A DNA stretch of 64,000 nt, taken from assembly GCA_020137815.1 (NCBI GenBank), contig CM035350.1, forward strand, positions 2,170,001 through 2,234,000, written 5' to 3'. Numbering within the stretch: the first letter of the stretch is position 1; each line of letters starts with the position of its first letter. The stretch comes from Hormiphora californensis. Lineage: Eukaryota > Animalia > Ctenophora. The position numbers and the translations under genes are program-made. The notes under the pieces were generated by a model, which ran no database searches, had not been told where the DNA came from, and saw only the letters and a list, made by a program, of their open reading frames with translations. Positions 53,401 to 64,000 of this stretch are shown piece by piece.

Positions 53401-56400
53401 CCTTGCCCTCTGTGTTGGTGGCCCCCCAAAAAAATGAAAAAGGGGAAAAGGGACGAGGTAAGGGCGAAAAAAAACAGGGGGTGGGGGGGGGGGAAGGGGT
53501 TTTGGTATTAGATGGGATCCCCTTCCGGTTGGCCCCCAAATTTTTTTTTAACACTTGGGGGAAGGGGGGGGAAAAAAAGGGGAAAAATGCCGAAAAATCT
53601 CCTTATTGGGACAAATTTTCCAAGCCCCTTTTCCCTTCCAAAAAAACCAACTGCTTTTAAATAAAACCCACACCCCTCTTTTGTTTTTTTCTTTTTCCCC
53701 CCCCCAAATTTAACCACCAAAAAAAATAAGTTTACCGTTAAAGGAAATTTAGGAAAAAAAAAATATTTAATAAATAAATCGTGAAACACCCAAATGCTTT
53801 TCTTTTTAAGGCTTCAAAAACCAAATTGGGAAATTTTTCCCCATTTTAAAAAAATTAAACCCCTTCCCAAAAATTCCCAATCCTTTTTAAAATCAAAACC
53901 CGGGGCCGGGCAAGAAACCCCCGACCTTTGAATTCCCCCAATTTAAAAAAAAAATTTTAAGAAACATTTTTTCTTTTGCCCCGGACCACTTTTTTGTGCC
54001 CCGGGGAAGGGGGGGGAGGGGTGGGGGAAAAAGAAAAGAGGACAAAAGATGAGAGTAGCTCCGAATAACTTAGGAAGAATTTTAAAAAGAGAAAACCACC
54101 CATTTTATCCCTTTTTTCTCACTCTTTTCACCTTTTTCTCTCCTCTTTTCCTTATTCCCACTTTTCCCCCCGAAATGGGGGCCCGCCCGTGTTTTTTTTG
54201 TCCGTTAGTATAAGCGATATGTGGGGGGGCCTAAAACGTTTTGAGGGAAAAGTAGGCGGGGGAAAGGTTTTGGCACCCGTGTTAAACAGAAAAACACGTT
54301 GCTAGATAAGTCTTTTTAGCTAGGCTCCTATTAGGGGGGGATACAGTTCTAGGCATAGGGTGCCCCCCAAAAATGACAACTTTTGGTCTTGAGAGGGAAC
54401 AACGCCATGCAACTAAGTCCGGGAAAACCCCTAGTTACCCTTTCCCCTCCGTGTATCCCCCGTCTCCTGCTGCGTTTTTTGACCCAGGGTTTAGGGTTTG
54501 GTCAAAAAAACACTCAAGGGGGGGGGGAATCTTTTAAAGTGGAGGGGGGGCCGGAGACAAGATTGTTTGCCCCTAAAAAGGAAAAAGAGGGGAGAGGAGG
54601 GGTTTTGGGGGATTAAAGGGAAAGTTTTTTTTCCGGAGCGAAGAGGGGGCCGGGTACAGGGGGAGGAGGAGAAAGAAAAAAAAAGACGTTTGTTGGGTAC
54701 TTCACGGGGGTCCAATTTTTTACTGTTTTTCCATAATAAGTAAACAGATTACTGTAATTTAAACCAAAACCGCCCAGGGGTTCATCTCATTAAAAGGCCC
54801 TCCCCCCACAAGTCTCTCATTAAAATTGGAAAGGGGGGGGGGGGGAACTCTCCCACCCCGCCCTAAAAGCGGGAAAAAAAACGCTCCCCCAATTTCCGAT
54901 TTGAAAGCGGGGGGGAACCCCTCACTCCAAAGGGAAACTTGTTTTCCACCCCGGACGGGAAGAGCCCTTTCAATTTCAACCCAAAAATTTTCTTTTTTGG
55001 CAACCCATCTAAAATTTCTTTTTTATAGCCCCCCAAAATTTTGCCAAAAAAATTTTTATTGGCAAATGTCATTTGCATCCATTTCTTTCTACCCCCCTTC
55101 TTATCTTTTTCCCCCCAAATTTTTTCTACCCCTTTTATCTTTTTTTTCCCCCCCTTCCCTTCTCTACGAAAACAACGTTGAGGAGGGTTTTCTTTCCCCT
55201 CCTTCACTAATCGCGGGGGGGGGGGGGGTGTTGGGCACGCCTCTCATTCCCCGGGACCCATGAGTGGTCCCTGGGGGCCGGGTTCACAATAAGTTAATGG
55301 GGCATTCTCTCTATGAGAGGGGGCACCCCATTGGCTAAATAACGCCATTATAAAGTCTCTCTATCCCTCGCATTGTGAGAGAGAGAAAATTTAAAAAAAG
55401 ACACTATGGGGGGGAAACCACTATCAAAACCCACCACAGTCGTGTCGAGGTTTTTATTTAAAAAGAGAAGGGGGGAGAGGGGGAAGAGAGTTGGGGGGGG
55501 AGAAGAGGTTGAAAAGAGGGAAGGAGGATGATGGAGAGAAGGGGAGGGGAGGGAGAGAGGGGGAGAGAGAGAAGGGGAAGGAGAGAGGAGAGGGAGAAGA
55601 GGGGAGAGGGAGAGAGAAAGGGGAAGGGGGAGAGGGGGGGGCCCTTTTTAAGGGAGGGGAAAAAGAGAAAAATTTAGGAAAAATGGGAAGGATAAAAAAG
55701 AGGCCCTTTTTCTCTCCTTTTAATCAATATTTACAACGACAAAAACCCAACCCCCTGGGCTAATGAACCCCAAAGCAGATTTGGGGCCCCTAAAAACTTC
55801 CCGTCTTTTTCATAAAGATTTTAAGAGTACCTTTTTCCCGAATTTACCCGAAAAATCCCCTTTTGCTTTTTCTTCGCCCCCCTCCCATTTTTTTCTTATA
55901 AACCCCCCACATATTCCCCCCCCGAATCCCTACCATGGCAGGGAAACAAAAAAGGTGTGCAGGTTCCCCCCGATTACCCCAGGGCCGGCTCGGGTTTCCC
56001 TCCAATTAAAAGTTGGGGGAAACTCTGGGGCCCCCACCTGGGAAAAAAGGGGAAAAGGGGGGTGAAAACAATGTGATTTACTGTCGAACGATGGGATTAA
56101 CAGAGGGAGGGAGGGGGATTCTGGTTCTGTGGAGAGGAAGAGAGAGGGAGGGAGAGAGAGGGGGTTGAAGAGGAGAGACAGAAGGGTTTCACTGTTGTTA
56201 TATTTCCCCCTTATTGTTTTTGATTTTACCCCCCATTGTAGCTCCAAAAAGGTTTTATGAGAAAAAACCCGACGAAAAAGACAGTCCCCCCCAGGGGCCG
56301 GTTTTCCCCCCCTTTCCCCTTTTTCAGAAGCCCCCGGGGTTTTTGCGATATTATGTTCCCCCCGATTTTCTTTGGGTTTCGTAGTGTTAGGTGGGGTTTC

Positions 56401-59400
56401 AGAAAATAAGGGGAGACAGTTTCCAATGAAGACATGTGATTGGGTGAAAATAAGGGGGGGGAGAAAAAGATTTGGGAAATTTACGAAAACTGTGGTTTGG
56501 TTTGATTTAATTGGGCTTGTAAAAAAAACCCAGGCTGACTTGGGTTGGGGGGAAAAAAACCCCGCCGGGTGTAATTTGGGTTTAAACCTGTCAGCAGAGG
56601 GGGGTTTTTGGTTTCAATTTTACAGTTGATAGGGTATAAAAAGAGGGGAACCCCCCCCCCCTCAATTAGCTTGTCGTTGTTTAAAAAACACTGCCAATGA
56701 CCCAGCCCAAATTTCGAGGGGGTGATGGGGCGAGAGGGGGAGAGAAGGGGGAGAAAAAGAAAAAAGGGGAGGAGAGTGGGAGAGAGGAAAGGAGGGGGGC
56801 CCAAAGGGGCGGATATTCGGGATTTCGGAAAAAGGGTCACTTGAAAGGTTAGAAGCTTGATACCCCCGTCAATAAAGAGCTCATTCCTAACCCTCTTTAG
56901 TTAAAGAGGGGGGAACCCCAAAAATTTTGGTTGAGTAGGTACCAGCTAGATCCATCTTTAAACATTTGATAAGGGAAACTACTCATGAAGGGTTCATTTT
57001 TAACGGCCCGAAAAGTTTGGCCCCGCGGACTTCCAAGAGTAGAAATTCAATCCCCCCTTCTTCCTTTTAATTTTTTCCCCTTTAAAAGGCTATCATGGTC
57101 ACGCCCCCCGGCCTAATCGTTATAGTCCACTCTCTCCCTTTTTAGCATGCACATTTCAGGGGGGTTAATTAAAAATTATCCTCTCACTTGCGAGCTGGTG
57201 AGAGCCGGCTTTGGCTCCCCCAGAACGCGGCCACTGAAGAACGGGGGGGGGGATAGGGGGGAATGTGAGAATTTTGGATAAAGTAGGGGGGGGGGAATTG
57301 TAGAAGAAAGAAGGAAAAAAATTCGATTTAAGGAGGGGAAGTGATTTTGGCGGCACCATCTTTCTCAACGACCTGTGAAGGAGGGAGGGATTGGTCAGTA
57401 GCAATTGACTCAGTGCCATATGGTTAGAGTAAAGATACTGAAAATATGGGGGTGAGAATGATGGAAATAAAAGGAAGTGAGAGATAATATGACATCATTG
57501 ATACTGAGTAGCTGAATTCTAGCCGGCCTATGTTTCCCTCTTTCTCTCTCCGTCTCTCTCAATACCCAGTCAAAACATTATACACCAGGACCATATGCTA
57601 CAATTCTCTGGGCATAAACCCGCGTGTCCCCCCAGTTTCCCTCCCAAATTCAAATTTAGCGCCCATCTGGTTTTCCCGCACCGACTGCAGCATTAGATAA
57701 CAGCTGTTATCGCAGCAGGAGGTAAATTAGTTTTGGGCCCGGCAGCCAGCACAGCACGACTCCAATTGTGGCGGGAAAACCGTTACTTCTCTCTCTCCCC
57801 CTTCTCTGATTCCCCTCCCTCTGATTCTCTCCCCTCCCCGCGTCTAAATCGGTGTTTTGTGACAGTGAACCTATAATATCCTGCTGGAGAAGCAATTTGA
57901 CGCTGATATAGGACACTTCCTGGGGGTAGACATTGGGAGATTAGTGAACTATATATCAGAGATTGGATAGACATTGAGACTAGAGAGATATAGGGGGGGG
58001 GGGGGCAGCCAACTAGATCAGATAGGGGGAAATAGGTCGGGTGAAATTAGGTAATGTGATAGTAATGTATCTCGAGTATCTGGACGGGTGTTGGCAGATT
58101 GCCTACAAATATCCTAGTACTTGAGATATAGGAAACCTAGAGAGAGGGGAAGATATATCGAGACTGGAGAGGTGGAGGGAGAAAGGTTGATTCTTTCCCT
58201 CTCCCTGTATCTTCATCTCTCTAGGCTTCCTATATCTCCTCTAGAGAGAAGGAGAGAGAAAGATAGAGAGAGAGAAAGATAGAGAGACTCTCTCAGTCTC
58301 AGAAAGAGCATGGGGGATGTTGGTACAACTTGGCTTGTAGCCTATAATGCACGTGCATGTACTACAGGCCCGCATTGTGTAGAACATTAGAAGCACGGAA
58401 GTGAGGCGTGGCCCACGATAAATTTACCTACCAAGTGGAGAGAGATACTATCTCTTTACTTTCTCTCCTGCATGTGCAATATCTCGAAGCTCTCCTTCCT
58501 GAATTGACAGTCACGTGATCAAAATGGCGCTCTCTTATTGGTCAGTGTATGAAGCAATGTCGACTGTTCATTGGTCAATCCCTCTCTCTGCTCCAGGGAG
58601 GTTGTCCTACTTGTAGGAAGTGAGCCCACACAGCTGGTAGGAGCTACTACTGGTCCTCCCCTCTCTCTGTGTGACGTCACAAGTCCGTGTATGACGTCAT
58701 CAGTGTATAGAGTGACAGGGTGTGGCTGCAGCAGTTCATCAGTACACGTGGATATATACTGTGTGGTTTAGATTTCCCCCTCTCTCTCCAGATCGCTCCG
58801 CGGATATTGGTGTATGTGTGAAATCGTGTGAGCTAAGTTTTGGTGTTCTCAGGAATGGGGGTTACTTTACATGCGTGGGTGCCCCCCCCCCCCCCTTCTA
58901 AACCATGGGCACCTCAATTCTACTGAGAGATGATAACAGATCAAACAAACCGGCCGATCATAATAATAATCCACCATTTATACATATAACATCAGATCCC
59001 TCCTTTTCTATTTACACATACTCAGTATAGGCTCAAATTACACTGACCTATGCCCGCAGTAACTCTCCTCCTTCCGTACTTCACATTTACTACCGATGTA
59101 TGGGCATATATCCAGAAGTGCACCTGATGCCAGGGGGTGGGGTCTCACTTTTGGTCCTGCAGAAGATGTCAAGATTTAGGAAGACAATGGAATAGGTTAG
59201 GGGAGGGTTGAAAAGAGGGTGAAATTGCGGGGATTTGGGATTGGTTTAGGGGCGATTAGGGTTCAAGATATAGTTGGGTGCCCGAGGGGCTTGTTATATC
59301 TTAAACTAACTTCTACTCTTGTGTAATAGTTATCAATTCATCAAGTCCACATGACCTCCCACCCCGCTGACTCGCTTGAATCGGCAGCGTGGAGGGGGTA

Positions 59401-59471
59401 ATTAGATAGAAAACGATAAATTATCATCTGCTCCTCTGTACAAATCGGAGAGAGAGAGAGATAGATAGATA

Positions 59472-59511
<40 letters not shown>

Positions 59512-61668
59512 TAAAGGGAGAGAGAGCACATTTGTTGTTTCTGAAAACCCGGGACCTCAATATTCAGCTAAACAAGGTTGCAGCTGATCAGGATTCCGTA
59601 ATTACTCTTCAGCTCCCCAATCTCAGGTCCCTGTCTCGAAAATTACTCCCTGCTCGCTCTCCGAACCCTCTGAGCCAATAAGGGGGACCCCAGCTGCGAT
59701 CAATAACCAATGAGCTCCTTGTTCCCTGTAATCACACGACCTCGCCCTTCATCATTTTCCAGAGAGAGAGGGAGAGAGATTGGAGGGAGAGAGGGAGAGA
59801 GGAAGTGAAAGAAAGATATCCAGATTTAGCATTCACGCCCATGACCGATGGTTAGCGGTTCAGGAAGGGAGGGAGAGAGATAGAGTAGTGGTCAGCGGAG
59901 GGTAGGGGGGCCCCAACTACTGAGAGAATAGTAGTTAATTTTAGACAACCATACTCATAACTAGTCATTGGCGAGTCATTATGTCAATTGAGAGATAATA
60001 TGCCGAGGGAGAGAGAGAATAAAGGAGAGATATTGAATTAAGAAGAAGGGGTTGAGAAGGAGGTGGTGATTAGGCTATTCAGTGAATAGTATTCACTATT
60101 CAGAGTAGCCACAGATTTGCATGAGCGGTGAATGAATGAGATTACTGTATGGTGACATGAATATTATATCTGCCACGGCCACAGTGATATGCATCTTGTT
60201 ATTATCTTTTCTCACTCTCTCTCACTCTCCCCCACTCTCTCTATCTCTCTCCTACTCGCTTCTCCCCTGCACTCTCTCACTCCATCTATCTCTCTTTCTC
60301 GCGTTGGTGGCACCTATTGTTTGAGCTAAGTATTGCACTGAGTACCCTGCGGCGTTGAAGCAATCGGCCCTCTCTCACTTTTCCTTCTCTCTCTGTCTCC
60401 CTCTCTCTCTCTGTCTGTCCGCATCATTATCTCAAGCTGTTCAACAAGTAATGACTGTCTTTCTCTTTCTCTCTCACTCTCTCTGATCACTCTCTCTCTC
60501 ACTCCCTCATTTTGTAACTCTCTCTTCTCAATCTCACTCGCATATAATATTCAACAGGCCCCATTGCACCTCAAAACTCACTACTTGTTAGAAAGATAAT
60601 AACAGTCAGTCTCACCCCTTACTCAACAAAGTCAGTCACCATATAAGATTCATTCCCCCAAAACTTCGGGCCCGAATAACGAATTTGAGTGATGTAGCAA
60701 AGGGTAAGATGTATCAGGGTAATATTTGGATTTTCACAACATCCTGTCTAAAGTCTGGCAGGCCGTCCAGAGCGCACTGTCGCTTTTGAGAATCAAACCG
60801 CCAACCAGGCCAATACCAATTCTTTTTCAAAAGTTTTTGGTGAAACGGCGTAGAGCTATTATAGATCCACCCCCCTTGCAGATAACATTGATAGTGACAG
60901 CTCAATATTGTTGATCACACCCCAATCACACTACCTTCCACTTTCACTATGATGGAGCCATATCTATCAAACCATGTGTTGAGTGTTCCTACCTTTGTAG
61001 TAGTCGACAATCAATTCCAGAATAATCCCGGCTCCCTCTATTGTGTGATACAGGAGGGTCATGGTTCAAGGGGAATCTAAACCCCAGAAACACTCGTAGC
61101 ACACTTATCTGAAATCAAAGATTGGTTGTGGCAAGGTCTATCAGAATTGAAAGTGGACCATCCAGGAAGTGTTAAAATGATATCCCCCGGGCACGCCGTG
61201 GGAGGAGACTAGGATCCCTCCGGAGGGAGGTCCAACATCCTGGTTGCTATAGTTACCAACAAGTTTAAACCGGGATGCTGTTGCCACATACTGTTTTAAC
61301 TCAGCTAGTCGCGATCTATTACCCAAGTGTGACTGTACCCAGTTTGTTGTGTGTGTGGTGTCGCGTTCCTCAAAAGGCCATTACAGACCTTACTATTGGA
61401 CCGAGAGGGGGAAATCGCACGTTTACAGCTGGGGCGTCACGATGGGACCGATGGATTGGGGTAATAATTAGCAATTAGTGGAACAAGTGGCAGTGGTGGT
61501 GAAATAATGAAACAATGCAGGGAATCCCCGGCTGGAACCCCGGCTGCTCCTTTGTGTGTTTTGTGTGATGCAGTTCCGTGAGGTTTCACAGTTTTTGTTT
61601 AGAAAAATGAAAATTTTCATGGGTGAAGGCCAGGATGATGATGAGAGAGGGAGAGAGAGAGAGAAGAG

Positions 61669-61740
<72 letters not shown>

Positions 61741-62168
61741 GGGGATGGGGAGAGGGAGGGAGAGAGGAGAGAGGGGGGGGAGGGGGAGTGTGGGAGAATG
61801 AAGCGGGAAAGGTTTGAGCGGGAAAGTTAAACGTACACGTCACATGATGATCACTTTCGGGGACGAGGGGACCCCCCTCCTCTCTCAGAGAATCTCTCGG
61901 GAGGAAGGAGAGTTTAACGAAGGAGCGAGCTATAGGAGGAGAGACACTCTCTCTCTCTCTCTTCTCTTCTCTCTCCTCTATTCTCTCTCTTCTCTCTCTC
62001 TCTCTCTCTCTCCTCTCTCTCTCCCTCTCTCTCTCCCTCCCAGTTCCTGCATGACTATTGACCAGTATAGTACAACAGTAGGGCGACCATGTGTGTGGTG
62101 CATGCCAGGCGTCATCATGCAACTGTAGGTGGGTGTGGTACATGCATTGTACGTTTAACAGATGACTG

Positions 62169-62316
<148 letters not shown>

Positions 62317-63486
62317 GGAGATAGACGAGTACACGTTGGAAAGAGGGAAGTACAGGAACAAGTGAGCGAGATGTTGACTGAGAGCAGGGGAGGGGGATAG
62401 AGAGGTGTCAAGAGAAGACCCCACTTGTATCACTACTATCCAGAAGGAACCCCCACACGATGTCACGTGACTTTTGCCTGCCACGTGACCCTTACAACGC
62501 TCCAGTGCTCCCATGTTTCCGTTGTCAGAAAACAGCTCAAAGTCACCCCCCCCTCTCTCTCTCCCAAATAGTGCCCCCTAAGCGCGAGCAGGGGAAATTG
62601 TTTTCAAAAGTGGGCAGTTACTACCGCAGGTAAGCTTACGCCCTAAAACACAACCCCCGGGTCTCTTCCTGAAGGAGTAACGAGCCAATCAGAGGGCAGG
62701 AATGCTATCACGTGACCTGTGTTAGTGTTCGGGGTATTTTTAGCAGCCAATCAAAGATACTGCATGTGTAATTTCATTTAAACAAGTGGACGGAAAAGCT
62801 CCTTCCTCTGCCACGCAGAAGAGAGGGAGCTGGAGAGAGCTAGATGGAGAGAGGGAGAGAGCTAGATGGAGAGAAAGAGAGAAGGGGGAGAGAGAGATGC
62901 ATGCTTCCTCTACAATAAGAGGGTGGTTGAGGGAGAGAAGGAGGGGCTTGCTTTAATAACTACATGGGTGCAGCGAATGGCCTCTTTCGATATATAATAC
63001 CGTATTTGGTTCATGAGATGAAACAAAGACAATATCGGTGAATGTTTCAAGTATTTGAGGAATAAGATATTATAATTGTCTCACTTGATGTACTTAATTG
63101 GATACCCCTTTGATAATTTGTAAGTTAGGTGTGGTGAAATATGTGAAATCTCATGGTGTGTACTCTGTACACACCAGCTCCTCCTTCTCCCACACACGCA
63201 GCTTTAATGCTGGTCTGCACCTCATAGAGGTGAGTCAGGTTAGAGGATTTGAGGGGCTCGACCAATGGGCAGCCAGCATCTACACCACGTGACAGGTAAG
63301 GGAGTAGCCGGAGTGTGAGTGCCTTCCATATTGTTCATCATCTGGCCTTAACCACCTCTCTCTCCACCTTGTACCGCAAATAAGATGTCCCTCGCCGTCA
63401 TTGCCTTGTAAGTGTCTTGCTCCTTCATCAAAACTTTTGTTTCCCGTTCCTGTTGCTCCTTCATAAACACAACTATTGTTTGTCAG

Positions 63487-63961
63487 GTTTGTTGGGCTGG
63501 TAAGTGCCACGGACTTCACCGCCTACACGCCAGCCACCCCCACGGTGGACCTAGAGAGGTCCCACTCCGCCCAGATATCTATTGATGGGGACGATGTTCC
63601 TGATGGTACAGATAGGATCCTGATACAGGCCATGGAAATTAGTGACCTCACAGGAAATACTTGGGAGGAAGGATACACCTTCGGTTACAAGTGAGCTGGT
63701 ACCATTCACCATTGATAATACCAAATTACGTGATAGATGTCATACTTTTTCTTACAAATATCCCTCCCTTGACCGACCCTCTCTCATCGCGCCCTGATGG
63801 GATAAAACATAACTCCCCCCTCCTTAGTTCTGCAGTTACGACGTTCTACTACCCCGAGCTGAATGAGGCCTCTTACCACAAGTTCAGGGTGAAGTATGGT
63901 AACAGTGATGACGAGTGGACTGGATACAGTTCCGCCACCTCGTACAGCCACGCCATGTCCA
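63487..63961 (+). CDS. N-terminal exons of a fibronectin type III domain protein (secreted or receptor), continuing beyond window
   Basis: Exons 63487-63690 and 63828-63961 join in phase. FVGLVSA looks like the end of a signal peptide, and YPELNEASYHKFRV...WTGYS fits the FN3 C-terminal consensus. The start exon was not located. Confidence 0.7.
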
Positions 63962-64000
63962 GTGAGTACAGTATTATAGCCTAGGAGGGAGGGGGGTTAG

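Overview
Eukaryotic (animal) genomic DNA with short GT-AG introns, many (AG)n tracts and small DNA transposons. The overall style suggests a ctenophore, possibly Pleurobrachia-like, but this is inference only. Most of the window (about 6.9-50 kb, + strand) is a multi-exon laminin alpha gene of the alpha3/5 type: LF domain, LE repeats, L4 domain, LE repeats, a short coiled coil and LG1-5. Its N-terminal exons are not in the window. Its introns host at least five antisense genes: a secreted protein, an intronless cathepsin L-like/ShK gene with a frameshift, and three paralogous secreted two-domain proteins, two of them damaged. A PLC-like phosphodiesterase gene end and a 10-exon low-complexity protein gene upstream may also be nested. 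The main candidate novelty is a phase-compatible alternative first exon (14616-14841) encoding a signal-anchor-like helix, which could give a membrane-tethered short laminin alpha. Also present: a 940-bp foldback element with two E2F-type sites in its loop, a recurrent CCAAT-N19-CACGTG motif, several MITEs and mini-Helitrons, and a 21-bp minisatellite. About 42-57 kb looks like low-quality, homopolymer-corrupted assembly. An FN3-domain gene starts near the right edge. All gene models were spliced by eye and are untested.
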